A DNA stretch of 64,000 bases from an uncultured Akkermansia sp. (GCA_964430505.1 CAYSGH010000011.1:1589-65588), one strand, 5' to 3'. Shown: positions 1 to 9,559, counted from the first letter of the stretch. Translations and numbers: made by a program. Notes: a model not told the origin generated them from the sequence alone.

Positions 1-130
1 ACTGCCGTTTCCGGGATCATGCGTCACCCCAAGGGCGCTGGGGTCTGCATCACATGCCCCTGAGCCCTTCGAGCGTGCCGAACAAGCATCACGGCCACGT
101 TGGGTCGCATGGGCGTTCAGGTCGATGTGG

Positions 131-997
131 CTATCGTATGGTCCAGTCAGGCCGGTCGGCTGGATTGGCCCAGTGCTGCATGTCCTGTAGGGCTGGCCGA
201 GCGAGGGACTCCGAATGACCGTCAACGAAGGCGGAAATGGCCCGGTTTCCAAACCTGGGATGAACGTTTCCCCACGCTTCAGGCCCATCAGCCGGATTCC
301 ACTCGATCGCCCACCTGCGCGCCGCGAGGAATGGAGGCTTCACGGCATAGAAGCCCTGGACGATGCGCCCCTCGAACGGGCCGCGAGCCGACGCGAACGC
401 CATGAGGCGCTGGGGTTGTCGGACCTCCGAGACACGCATGACGCAGAAGGGGCCGAACCGGGCGAAGGCGGCAGGGGTTGGGGGAAGCTCGATGTCATCA
501 CCTCCAACGAAGACCGAGTTGATGCCGAGGGACGGGAACACGCTGGCGGCGTAGATGCCAATCATAGGGTCATCCATGCGCTGAAACTCCCCGAGAAGGC
601 GGCGATTCTCGTTCGCGTACATGACGCCAAAGTTCTTGCCGAGGTACGGGGCAAGGCGCCAGGGGTATCGGGCATTGATGGGATGGGGAATGGGTCGCCC
701 TTGCAGGTCCTTCGCTTCGAGGCCGTGGCGGTAGCCAGGCAGGACAGCATCGTTGTGGTCTCCCGCGTAGAGGTGCCATGCGATCATGAGTTGGCGGGCG
801 GTTGACGCCTCGTTGGCTTGAGCTGCCTTGTATTTGGCCTTCCCGAGGGCCGGGATCAGGAGGCCGGCCAGCAGGGCGATGATGGCCAGCACCACGAGGA
901 GCTCGACCAATGAGAAAGCGCGGGACGTCCACGACGTCCCAACCCCTGCCCGAAGCAGGGAGGGGGGTGCGGATTGATAAACTCTTGCTTGTCGCAT
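131..997 (-). CDS. Prepilin-like (type II secretion pseudopilin-type) protein with N-terminal cleavage/methylation motif, PVC-expanded family
   Basis: ORF 131..1054(-). The internal ATG at 997 gives MRQARV...SRAFSLVELLVVLAIIALLAGLLIPAL, the classic prepilin methylation/TM segment. The C-terminal ...AISAFVDGHSESL resembles the DG-containing tail of the PVC prepilin-like (DUF1559/H-X9-DG-type) family. Confidence 0.75.
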   Translation of the reverse strand: MRQARVYQSAPPSLLRAGVGTSWTSRAFSLVELLVVLAIIALLAGLLIPALGKAKYKAAQANEASTARQLMIAWHLYAGDHNDAVLPGYRHGLEAKDLQGRPIPHPINARYPWRLAPYLGKNFGVMYANENRRLLGEFQRMDDPMIGIYAASVFPSLGINSVFVGGDDIELPPTPAAFARFGPFCVMRVSEVRQPQRLMAFASARGPFEGRIVQGFYAVKPPFLAARRWAIEWNPADGPEAWGNVHPRFGNRAISAFVDGHSESLARPALQDMQHWANPADRPDWTIR

Positions 998-1252
998 CTG
1001 AGGGCCCCAGTGGGTGGCCAGCGTGGAGGGTATGGCTGCGAGGTCCCCGCGCAAGTCCCGGGGGAAGCATGACCGATGCCGGGTCCGACAGCGAGGAGCC
1101 GTTGTCGGCAGGATTTCCGGTTGTTGCGGGACACGTGACTTGGGAGTGTCCTTGAATCCATGGAATGTACGAAGGGGAAAGTCCGGGGCTTGAGTCGGCG
1201 CGTAGCCGGCTGGCTGGCTGAAAGTTCCTTGACGCGGCCGGGGAGGCGGATC

Positions 1253-2068
1253 ATGGAGGCCAACCTACGGGACTACCACATGCCGCTCGGCAAGGTTGGG
1301 AAGGTGCTTGCCGGGACCTGGCTAATCCTGAGGGACCATGCCGATGGGCACTTCCCCCCGACGTTCGAGGATCAGCAGAAGGCATACCAAGGGGAGATCG
1401 ACTACTTTGCATCGATACCCGGGGCGGCCCGCGAAAGGATGATAGCCGACCATGTCGTGAAGCCGTTCTGGAACAGCGAGTCCTTCGGGCGGTATGCCGG
1501 GGACTTGGCCCGGTTGATGGGGGTGCTTGAGGCGCTCGGGGTGCCGGCGGATGGGAGGCTGCTGGAACTGGGCTGCGGGTGCGGATGGATGGCGGAGTTC
1601 CTTGCCATACGGGGGTACGATGTCACGGGGACAACGATTGCGCCGGACGACGTCGGGATCGGCGAGAAGCGGGTGATGGCATTGATGGCGCGGGGGCTGC
1701 CGCGCAGGCTGCGGTTTCGGGCGGCTCCCATGGAGAGCGTGGACGAGGCCGTAGGCGACCTGGGGGGGTTTGACGCGGCGTTCGTATTTGAGGCGTTGCA
1801 CCATGCGTTTGACTGGCGGCGATCGATTCGGGCGGCGGCCCGGACCTTGCGCCCTGGAGGGTGGCTGGTTCTTGCAAACGAGCCGAACCTTGTCCACACG
1901 CTGGTGAGCTATCGTGTTGGGCGACTGACGAACACGCACGAGATCGGAATGAGCGGGAGTGAGTTGAGGAAGGAAATGCGATTGGCAGGCATGTCCGAGA
2001 TTCGTGTTTTCCAGCCGCGATGGGAGAACTGGGTGACGCCGCACTGGCTGGCGGGTCGCCGCCTCTAG
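1253..2068 (+). CDS. Class I SAM-dependent methyltransferase
   Basis: ORF 1160..2068. The ATG at 1253 is preceded by GGAGG 5 nt upstream. It has SAM motif I LLELGCGCGWMAEFLAIRGYDVTG and a later LRPGGWLVLANEP motif. Confidence 0.8.
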   Translation: MEANLRDYHMPLGKVGKVLAGTWLILRDHADGHFPPTFEDQQKAYQGEIDYFASIPGAARERMIADHVVKPFWNSESFGRYAGDLARLMGVLEALGVPADGRLLELGCGCGWMAEFLAIRGYDVTGTTIAPDDVGIGEKRVMALMARGLPRRLRFRAAPMESVDEAVGDLGGFDAAFVFEALHHAFDWRRSIRAAARTLRPGGWLVLANEPNLVHTLVSYRVGRLTNTHEIGMSGSELRKEMRLAGMSEIRVFQPRWENWVTPHWLAGRRL

Positions 2069-2156
2069 CGGGGCCTTCGCGGCATGGATGTTGCTAAGTT
2101 GGGAGGGGAGAGGACGCAGGGAATTGGGGCCAAAACAAGGCGTGGTGGGCTAAAGC

Positions 2157-2999
2157 ATGGCGGACGACAAGATGCAGCTTCAGCGATGGGAGCTGAAGTA
2201 CGTGATCCCGGAGGATACGGCGTTGGGCATCCGGGAGTTCGTTCGGCCTTACCTGGAGCTGGACGAATACGGCGTGGGAAGGCCGGATTTGTCGTACACC
2301 ATTCACAACCTGTACCTCGATTCGGACGACCTGGCGATCTACTGGGGAACGATCAACGGCAACAAGAACCGATACAAGCTGCGGCTGCGGTTCTACGAGG
2401 ACAACCCAGCAGCACCCATCTTCTTTGAGATCAAGCGTCGGATGAACGAGGCGATTCTGAAGCAACGAGGGGGCGTGAGACGGCCTCATGTCGAGTCGGT
2501 GCTGGCAGGGCAATTGCCTGGCGCTGATGAGATGGTGTCCGGGGAGGGGCGACAAGTGGCGGCGGTGCAGAACTTTGTTCGATTGATGATGGAGGACCGA
2601 GCGGGGCCGACGGCGCATGTGCGGTATGAGCGGGAGGCATGGATCAGCCCGTTTGACAATTCGGTGCGGGTGACGATGGACCGAAACGTGATGATTGCGC
2701 CGGAGTTTGCAATGCGGTTCACGGCGGAAATGGATCAGCCGACCTGTGTTTTTGGGGACCTGGTCATTCTCGAGCTGAAATTTTCGGGGCGGTTTCCGGA
2801 CTGGTTCAAGGAATTGGTGCGAGTGTTTGGGCTTCGCCAGGGGTCGGCGTCGAAGTACGCAGATGGCATCGCCAACCAAGGGGAGCGATATTTTTGTCGC
2901 CCGGGCGGCGGGGTAGCGGCAGTCTCGAAATGCTTGGGCAGCGAGGATCGCAGGCGGGAACGTCAGGAGCGTCTGGCGGCGCTTCTGGACAAGGGATGA
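2157..2999 (+). CDS. VTC domain protein (polyphosphate polymerase-like triphosphate-tunnel domain)
   Basis: LQRWELKYVIP...YTIHNLYLDSDDL...NRYKLRLRFYED...IFFEIKRRMNE matches the bacterial VTC-domain signature (xELKY, SLYFD-like, K-R-R-Y, FxEIKRK). Confidence 0.8.
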   Translation: MADDKMQLQRWELKYVIPEDTALGIREFVRPYLELDEYGVGRPDLSYTIHNLYLDSDDLAIYWGTINGNKNRYKLRLRFYEDNPAAPIFFEIKRRMNEAILKQRGGVRRPHVESVLAGQLPGADEMVSGEGRQVAAVQNFVRLMMEDRAGPTAHVRYEREAWISPFDNSVRVTMDRNVMIAPEFAMRFTAEMDQPTCVFGDLVILELKFSGRFPDWFKELVRVFGLRQGSASKYADGIANQGERYFCRPGGGVAAVSKCLGSEDRRRERQERLAALLDKG

Positions 3000-3011
3000 G
3001 TTGAAGGCTGG

Positions 3012-3698
3012 ATGATTGACTGGATACAACGAGGGGACTTCGGGACAGCCCCGGACGACATCCGAGGGATGTTGCTCGGTCTGGCCGTGTCGTTCGTTTG
3101 CGGCCATGTGATCGCGTGGACGTACATGGCGTGCCACAATGGTCTCAGCTACTCGCGTGCGTTCGTGAATGCATTGCTGGTGCTGTGCATGATCGTGGCA
3201 TTGGTGATGATCGTGATGGCGAACAACGCCTTGGTGGCGTTTGGGCTCATGGCGGTCTTTGCCATCGTGCGGTTTCGGAACATCCTGAGGGACACCCTCG
3301 ACACGACCTATATTCTGGCGAGCATCACGGTGGGAATGGCCGCAGGGACGAGGAAGTTTGGGACGTCGGCGGTGGGCACGTGCCTTTTTGCGGCTGTGAT
3401 GCTCTACCTGTACTGGACGCAATTCGGGGCGCGGCATCGGCATGACTTGATCTTGAACTTGCACTGGGGAAGGCCGGTGGGGGAGCTGGGAGACCTGGGG
3501 TACCTGCTGGAGCGGCATGCACGACAGACGACGTTGGCGAGCCAGAGGGCGGCACAGGGACAGGAAGGCGCCGACTTGTCGTATCGGCTCTTGCTGAGGG
3601 ATGCGGGCAGGGCCGACGACCTGTTGACGGAGATCAAGGCTTTTCCCGGGGTGTCACGAGTAACGAGCATGAGGGCGGCGGACGAGTCGGAGGTTTGA
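3012..3698 (+). CDS. DUF4956 family membrane protein
   Basis: It starts 12 nt after the VTC gene. It has multiple TM helices and the family-typical stretch VAFGLMAVFAIVRFRNILRDTLDTTYILASITVGMAAGT, plus a soluble C-terminal tail. Confidence 0.75.
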   Translation: MIDWIQRGDFGTAPDDIRGMLLGLAVSFVCGHVIAWTYMACHNGLSYSRAFVNALLVLCMIVALVMIVMANNALVAFGLMAVFAIVRFRNILRDTLDTTYILASITVGMAAGTRKFGTSAVGTCLFAAVMLYLYWTQFGARHRHDLILNLHWGRPVGELGDLGYLLERHARQTTLASQRAAQGQEGADLSYRLLLRDAGRADDLLTEIKAFPGVSRVTSMRAADESEV

Positions 3699-3701
3699 AG
3701 C

Positions 3702-4805
3702 ATGGAGAAGCTGCCGCGCATTCCGTCCCCGCCGGGGACAGCCTTCCGGGAGATTCGGGCTCGGTACGTGCCGTTTCTGGCATTCGCCTGCGTGATGGCG
3801 GCCACGGTGCATTTGTGGCGTGGCTACATTGGGCCTTCTTCTTGGGTGGGGGAGGTTCAGATGGTTCGGACGGTGGTCAGCGCGGCGCAGCCCTCTCGCG
3901 TGACGCGGGTGCGGGTTGGGATGTTGGATCGGGTAACGGCCGGTCAGCCGGTGGCAGACTTGATTGCAGCGGATCCTCGATACCTCGAGGCGCAGGCTGC
4001 CTTGTCTCGTGCGAGGCTGGAGATGGTGGTAGCGAGCTTGGGGCCACAAATTCGGCGCGAGAACAACCTGATCAATTACACGTCGTTGCGGATGAATTGG
4101 TTGCGGCATCGTGTGGACTTGGCGGAGGCGAGGGCCAGGCTGGCATTTGCCGAGGCGGAAGCCGACCGTGCATTGCGATTGTCGAAGGCGACGAACGGTG
4201 TGCCGTTTGTGAGCCAAGCGGAGCTGCAGATGGCGCAGCGGAACCTCGATGCACTGCGAGCCGAGATTGCCGAGCGGCAGTTGCTGGTTCGGGACGTGGG
4301 CGGACAGATTGAGAAGATGGCACCGGACGAGAAGAAGATGGACGAGGACGTGCCGGCGTCGATCGAGGCGGCCTTGGCGGTGGAGCAGCGGGCATTGGAG
4401 GCGGTGGAGAGCCAGTTGAACCCGACTGTCCTTTTGTCACCGATTGATGGCTTCGTGAGCGTGGTGCATCGGCTGTCTGGCGAGGCGGTTCAGGCTGGGG
4501 AGGCGATCCTGACCATATCGGGGACGCGCGCGGAGAAGATTGTCGCGTACGTCCGGCAGCCCTTGCAGGAACGGCCGCATGTTGGGATGGCCATAGAGGT
4601 CCGATCGCGGTCGGAGGGCAGAGCAGCCGGCCGGGGAGAGGTGCTGAGCGTTGGAGGGCAAATGGAGCCCATCCTGCCGGAGTTGATGGCGTATCGGCCG
4701 ACGGGTGCACCGGCGGTGGAGTATGGATTGCCGGTGTTGTTGACGGTGCCGCAGGACCTTGGGTTGATGCCTGGAGAGATCGTGGACCTTTCGGCGGTGA
4801 AGTAG
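3702..4805 (+). CDS. HlyD-family periplasmic adaptor (membrane fusion protein)-like protein
   Basis: It starts 3 nt after the DUF4956 stop. It has a single N-terminal TM (YVPFLAFACVMAATVHLW) and a barrel/lipoyl-like segment (VTRVRVGMLDRVTAGQPVADL). A long coiled-coil follows (ARARLAFAEAEADRAL...NLDALRAEIAERQ), then LLSPIDGFVSVVHRLSGEAVQAGEAILTI. Confidence 0.7.
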   Translation: MEKLPRIPSPPGTAFREIRARYVPFLAFACVMAATVHLWRGYIGPSSWVGEVQMVRTVVSAAQPSRVTRVRVGMLDRVTAGQPVADLIAADPRYLEAQAALSRARLEMVVASLGPQIRRENNLINYTSLRMNWLRHRVDLAEARARLAFAEAEADRALRLSKATNGVPFVSQAELQMAQRNLDALRAEIAERQLLVRDVGGQIEKMAPDEKKMDEDVPASIEAALAVEQRALEAVESQLNPTVLLSPIDGFVSVVHRLSGEAVQAGEAILTISGTRAEKIVAYVRQPLQERPHVGMAIEVRSRSEGRAAGRGEVLSVGGQMEPILPELMAYRPTGAPAVEYGLPVLLTVPQDLGLMPGEIVDLSAVK

Positions 4806-4891
4806 GCGTGCGGGAGGCGCTGGGATTGGGCCAAGCGGGGAGGATTTGCGCTGTTCAATTCGGGAAGATGCCGGTTGGATGGGTGGACTCG

Positions 4892-6274
4892 ATGGACATT
4901 GTGGCATCATGGGCTGGGGCGTGGTGGTGGAAAGTATTGCGGTGGCAATCTAGGGCCGCTTGGGTGGTCATGGCTTTGCTGGGCATTGCCAAGGCGCAGC
5001 CGGTAATTGAGGCACAGCCGACGGGCGCCACGGTTTATGAGTCGCAGTCCGTAACCCTGAACGTGCTTGCGTCTGGGGAGTCGCCGCTTTCGTACCAGTG
5101 GCGGATGATGGGGACGAATCTGCCCATGCCGGGGCTACCGTCGTTGACGCTGACGAATGTGGCGCTGGGTTCGTCTGCCTTGTACGACGTCGTCGTGACC
5201 AACAGGTTCGGTGCCGTGACGTCTGCACCGGTCTTGGTCGTCGTGTTGTCTCGCCCGGTGCCGTTGGTGTCGTTTGGGGGTTATGCCGTCGGGGCATCGC
5301 CCTCGATTCCGGTGATCTACACGGCGTTTGGTGGGGAGACGAACGTGAGCTTTTCTGTCGCCTATGATCCGAAGTCGGTCACGAGGCCGCGGTTTGAGTC
5401 GGCCCTAACGAATCGAGCCGGCACGGTGGAGATCACGCTGGGTGAAGGTGGATTGATTGGTGTGCAGGCGCGGCTTGAGGGAGGGTCGATCTTGGGTCCT
5501 GGCCTGACAACATTGGGAACGTTGGTCTTCGAGGCGGTGTCCGGCGCTGGGATCTACGCAGCTGGGCTGGGACTGACGAACACGCCCGTGGCCTTGGTGA
5601 GCGGGCCTATTGGCGGCACGAACTTCACTCCAGGGGTTCTTCCGCCGGAGCCGGTGGTACGGGTGGTGGATCCTTCGGAGAAGCCCCGCCTGGACGGGCA
5701 GTCCGGGTTATATGTGCACCGTTTGGAGATCGGGAATCCCGGGTTGACGACGAACACGACGGTGGAGGTCCGGGTGGGCGGGTTCACGAATGATGCCTTG
5801 GGAAACCTAATCCGGGTTTTCAATGCGCTGGGCACGAACGCGGCCGGCGAATGGCGGATCTTTGCGAGGAACCTGAAGCCGGGCGAGGCACGCGGGTTGA
5901 CGGTTGAGCTCTACGTGCCGGACTTGGCGTCGGTGCCGGCGCCAACGTATGCGGCGGGCGCCTTGGGGACGATCAGTGACCCCAACGTGAGCGCGCGGAC
6001 GCTCGTGGTGGAGACGGTCCGGGCCTTCACGAATGCGGCATACCCGAACGGGGCGATCCTGATTGAGTTTCCGACCGAGGCGGGGCGCCGGTATTTCGTG
6101 CAATATGCCCCGACGGCCGAGGGCTTGGTGGCTCCAGGAGGGGAACGGCGGACGGCGGAGCCGGCGATCATTGGGACCGGCTCGCGGGTCCAATGGGTGG
6201 ATCACGGGCCACCGAAGACGGAGTCGCCGCCGGGACAGTCGAATCGTTTTTACCGGGTAATTTTTGGCCGGTGA
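4892..6274 (+). CDS. Secreted Ig-like (I-set type) domain protein
   Basis: ORF 4808(GTG)..6274. The ATG at 4892 gives signal-like WQSRAAWVVMALLGIAKA-QP. An Ig module follows: PTGATVYESQSVTLNVLASGESPLSYQWRMMG...ALYDVVVTNRFGAVTS. The C-terminus ends ...SNRFYRVIFGR. The start is uncertain (4808/4868/4892). Confidence 0.65.
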   Translation: MDIVASWAGAWWWKVLRWQSRAAWVVMALLGIAKAQPVIEAQPTGATVYESQSVTLNVLASGESPLSYQWRMMGTNLPMPGLPSLTLTNVALGSSALYDVVVTNRFGAVTSAPVLVVVLSRPVPLVSFGGYAVGASPSIPVIYTAFGGETNVSFSVAYDPKSVTRPRFESALTNRAGTVEITLGEGGLIGVQARLEGGSILGPGLTTLGTLVFEAVSGAGIYAAGLGLTNTPVALVSGPIGGTNFTPGVLPPEPVVRVVDPSEKPRLDGQSGLYVHRLEIGNPGLTTNTTVEVRVGGFTNDALGNLIRVFNALGTNAAGEWRIFARNLKPGEARGLTVELYVPDLASVPAPTYAAGALGTISDPNVSARTLVVETVRAFTNAAYPNGAILIEFPTEAGRRYFVQYAPTAEGLVAPGGERRTAEPAIIGTGSRVQWVDHGPPKTESPPGQSNRFYRVIFGR

Positions 6275-6301
6275 CCGGGGTTTCTTTGCTGGGGCTTGAA
6301 C

Positions 6302-7342
6302 ATGCGAAATTCATTGGGCTTGGCGCGTGGCGTGGCTTGGACGGGAGCGATGGCGACGTCGGCGGTCGTCCTAGGCCAGGAACTGCGGCCCGCGCCGGGT
6401 TTCTGGATGCGCTTGGGTGGCAATTTCCGGGCGGGTTACTCCGTGAAGTTCAGCGACACGGCCGGACCGTCTCCAACCGCAGCGGGACAGTTCTCGAATG
6501 GGTTTGTGCTTCCGTCGATTAGCGGGACCAACGCGCCGTTTACTTGGAACTGGGGCTACGACGATGCGGCCCAGGTCCGGGGCAACACGTTGGTGCTGGA
6601 ACGATTTGATGCGCGGCCGCGGGTCGGGGGATTGGATGGCGGCAGCGACCTGCTGTTGGGCGGGGAGCTGAGGGCGGGGTTCGAGGCGATCCGGTTTGAG
6701 TGGCGTGATCGGGAGATGCGGTTTGGATTCGAGGGTGGCTACTCGATGGGGATGTTGTCGGCGAGCGCGGCCGGGAGCGCGACGGGCGGGGTGTCGTTCA
6801 CGCGGGGGACGTACTCGTTGCTGGGGCCGGGCGGAACGCCCATCGTGGCCCCGGCGCCGCCCTACGCGGGGACGTTCAACGGACCCGGCCCGTTGATTCC
6901 CCTGTCTCCATTGAGCCTTGAGACGGTGACGGGCTCCGGGGCGCTGGCCACGACGCGGCTGGGGTTGGACGCGACGCTGCATACATTTCGGCTGGGGCCT
7001 TATCTGGAGGTCCCATTTGGGAGGAAATGGGTGGCTGGATTTGGGTTTGGGTACAACACGGTGTTGCCCGACGCGGAGCTGCAGATTCGCGAGACAACGA
7101 CGTATCCTGGCACCTCATTGGCGCCCACGGAGGTGGACCGGACGGTGCGGAGGTCGGATTGGCGGCCTGGAGGCTACGCGGAGGCGCGGGTGCAGTATGA
7201 GTTCAACCGGCGCGTGTCCGCCTTCGCGGCGGCTGAGTTCCAGGTAAACCAAGACCTGGTGTTCGGTGCCGAGGGGAGGCAGGTGCGCATTGGGCTGGGT
7301 GCGATCTATGGAGGGAGCGCGGGGGTGCGAGTTGCGTTCTAG
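6302..7342 (+). CDS. Putative outer-membrane beta-barrel protein
   Basis: ORF 6296(TTG)..7342, with an ATG at 6302. It has signal peptide MRNSLGLARGVAWTGAMATSAVVLGQE, alternating Gly/aromatic-rich beta-strand-like sequence throughout, and a terminal aromatic residue (...GVRVAF). Confidence 0.5.
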   Translation: MRNSLGLARGVAWTGAMATSAVVLGQELRPAPGFWMRLGGNFRAGYSVKFSDTAGPSPTAAGQFSNGFVLPSISGTNAPFTWNWGYDDAAQVRGNTLVLERFDARPRVGGLDGGSDLLLGGELRAGFEAIRFEWRDREMRFGFEGGYSMGMLSASAAGSATGGVSFTRGTYSLLGPGGTPIVAPAPPYAGTFNGPGPLIPLSPLSLETVTGSGALATTRLGLDATLHTFRLGPYLEVPFGRKWVAGFGFGYNTVLPDAELQIRETTTYPGTSLAPTEVDRTVRRSDWRPGGYAEARVQYEFNRRVSAFAAAEFQVNQDLVFGAEGRQVRIGLGAIYGGSAGVRVAF

Positions 7343-7571
7343 GCGGCGAGGGTGGTCGGCGGCGGGTGCGGCGGGCGCAGCGGGTCGGCCGCAGGGTCGG
7401 GGCGAGGGTGCAGGACAGGGATATCGAGGAGCCCTTGGCGCTTGGCCGCGTTGGTGGCTTGCAGCCATTGCAGGGGTGGCATGCTGGGGGTGTTCAAGCG
7501 GGGTGAGGCATGCTCCGGGCGGCGTTCCGAGACCCGACGCGGAGGTCGAGGAGGCCCCGGCGATCCGACCC

Positions 7572-7808
7572 ATGGATGGCAGCGTTGGGAGGATAGTCCG
7601 GGTTCATGCGGCGCTGCGGTTTGTGGTGGTGGAGTTTGGGCTGAGCGAGCCGCCCAAGGCGGGGACTCGGCTGGGGGTGTACCGTGGGGGAGCCAAGGTG
7701 GGGGCGTTAAAGGCGGGGCATTTTCGGAGGGACGCCACGATGGCAGCCGACGTCGTTTTGGGTGAGGTGGCCGAGGGCGACGAGGTCAGGCCGGAAATCG
7801 CCGATTGA
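7572..7808 (+). CDS. Small hypothetical protein (78 aa)
   Basis: In-frame ATG at 7572 inside ORF 7266..7808. Third codon positions are GC-rich like the neighbours. The sequence MDGSVGRIVRVHAALRFVVVEFGLSE...GEVAEGDEVRP looks like a small beta-rich domain. I recognise no family. Confidence 0.35.
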   Translation: MDGSVGRIVRVHAALRFVVVEFGLSEPPKAGTRLGVYRGGAKVGALKAGHFRRDATMAADVVLGEVAEGDEVRPEIAD

Positions 7809-7857
7809 CCCGGTTTCGCCGTGGGCGGTACGGTCTCCCATCCTCGCGAGCAAGCAT

Positions 7858-9522
7858 ATGATCGGGACGATTCGCAAGCATTCGGCCGTGTTGTGGTGGG
7901 TCATCGTTGTGGCGGTGATCGTGAGTTTCGTGGTGTGGATTGGCCCTGCCGGAACGGCGCTGGGTGGCCGCAACACGGGGCAAGGCGAGTATGGGGACGT
8001 TGACGGCCGTCCCGTGAAGCAGGCCGCAATCCAGGATGCGTATCGCCAAGCGCAGCTTCGCGAGAGGTTGCAGCGGTCCCAGGGGTCGATGCCAGATGAG
8101 GCACGGGTGCAGATGGCCGGCCAGATGGTGTTTGCGGACATGAAGATGGCGTCGATGGGGGTGGTGGTGAGCGACGAGGCGTTGGCCGCCTACATTCGTG
8201 AACGTTACCGCGATCCAGCAACGGGCCAGTCGCGCTATGCGACCTTGGTGGGTGAGTTGACGGCGATGGGAGCCCGCGAGGAAGACATGCTCTCGATGGA
8301 GCGCCGGGGCATTGGGCAGTCGGTGCTGGCGGACGTTCTTTCGATTCCCGAGGCGCTGATCACGCCGCGGGAGGCGGAGCAGGACTATCGGCGCGACCAT
8401 GAGGAAGTGACGGCGAGCGCGGTGTTCTTCGCGAGCTCGAACTACCTATCCAAGGTGACGGTGACGCCCGAGGCGATTGGGCGCTTCTTTACGAACCGGA
8501 TGGCAAACTACCAAGTGGCTGAGAAGTTTGTATTGGCCTACGTGCGGTTTCCCGGGACGAACCACTTGGCGGCGGCCGAGGCGGAGTTGGCGGCGATGCC
8601 GGACCTGACGAACCGGTTGGAGAAGGTTTACCTGCAGCGCGGCACGAATGACTTTGTGGACGACCAAGGCGTCGCCTTGGGCAAGTCCGCTGCCTTGGTG
8701 AAGATTCGGCAGGAAGCCGCGAGGGAGTCTGCCAACGTGAAGGCGCGCGAGGCGGCCGTGGCCTTTTACAACGAGTTGACGCAGAAGACGCCGATCCGTC
8801 CCGACACCCTCGAGACGGTGGCGGCCCAAAAGGGCCTGAAGGTTGGCATCACTCAGCCTTTCGCACGAAGTGATGCTCCGGTGGGATTGGAGGGGCTTCC
8901 GGGCGTGGGCTCGGCCATCGAGTCGCTGTTGGGCGAGACGCCCTTGTCCGAGCCGATGCTGGGCACGGACGGGGCGTACCTTCTTGCTTTGAAGGTTCGG
9001 ATTCCTGCATCGACGCCTCCTCTGGAGGCGGTTCGGGCACGGGTGACCGAGGATTTTCGGAAGCAGGAGGCTCTTCAGGCGGCCCGGACGGCGGGGCAGG
9101 CCTTCCAGGCTGCGGTGACGAATGCCTTGGCGGCCGGGAAGACCTTTGCGGACGCTGCGGCGGGCCAGCGGTATGCGGTGGTGGATTTGCCGTCCTTCAG
9201 CTTGTCCTCGACGACGGTGGCTGGTTTGCCTCCCTCTGCGGACCTCGCTTCATTGAAGAATGCGGCGTTTGCATTGCAGCCGGGCAAGGCAGGAAATTTC
9301 GCTTTCAGCCGGGACGGCGGATTTGTGTTGTTCTTGAAGGAGCGCAAGGCTCCTACGGCGGAGGCGATCAAGGCGGGGCTGCCGACCTACTTGGCCGAGC
9401 AGCGTAGCCGCCGCTCGAGGGGCCCGTTCGTCCAGTGGTTCACGTCTGAGTGGGAGAAGAGCGGCTTGAGGCTGGCCTTGGAGCCGCGTCGCGAGACGAA
9501 CGCCATGACCACGCCGAACTGA
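7858..9522 (+). CDS. PpiD/SurA-N-terminal-domain-type periplasmic chaperone
   Basis: ATG at 7858 inside ORF 7762..9522. The N-terminus MIGTIRKHSAVLWWVIVVAVIVSFVVW is the typical PpiD-like membrane anchor. A long helical chaperone-like region follows. Confidence 0.6.
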   Translation: MIGTIRKHSAVLWWVIVVAVIVSFVVWIGPAGTALGGRNTGQGEYGDVDGRPVKQAAIQDAYRQAQLRERLQRSQGSMPDEARVQMAGQMVFADMKMASMGVVVSDEALAAYIRERYRDPATGQSRYATLVGELTAMGAREEDMLSMERRGIGQSVLADVLSIPEALITPREAEQDYRRDHEEVTASAVFFASSNYLSKVTVTPEAIGRFFTNRMANYQVAEKFVLAYVRFPGTNHLAAAEAELAAMPDLTNRLEKVYLQRGTNDFVDDQGVALGKSAALVKIRQEAARESANVKAREAAVAFYNELTQKTPIRPDTLETVAAQKGLKVGITQPFARSDAPVGLEGLPGVGSAIESLLGETPLSEPMLGTDGAYLLALKVRIPASTPPLEAVRARVTEDFRKQEALQAARTAGQAFQAAVTNALAAGKTFADAAAGQRYAVVDLPSFSLSSTTVAGLPPSADLASLKNAAFALQPGKAGNFAFSRDGGFVLFLKERKAPTAEAIKAGLPTYLAEQRSRRSRGPFVQWFTSEWEKSGLRLALEPRRETNAMTTPN

Positions 9523-9559
9523 CGGGCCCGCATCCATGTGCCCGTTCCCAGCCTGTCCG

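Noticed and set aside
1-130. A possible start of another minus-strand gene at the left edge (ATG at 20 reading MIPETAV...).
   Set aside because: Only 6-7 codons are visible, which is too little sequence to support a call.
7266-7571. A lipoprotein-like sequence (WWLAAIAGVACWGCSSG) in the upstream part of ORF 7266..7808.
   Set aside because: There is no ATG, GTG or TTG in frame at a suitable distance before the putative lipobox. The only upstream in-frame start (7308) overlaps the preceding gene and would give a pre-sequence of about 60 aa. Only 7572..7808 is kept, as a tentative small CDS.
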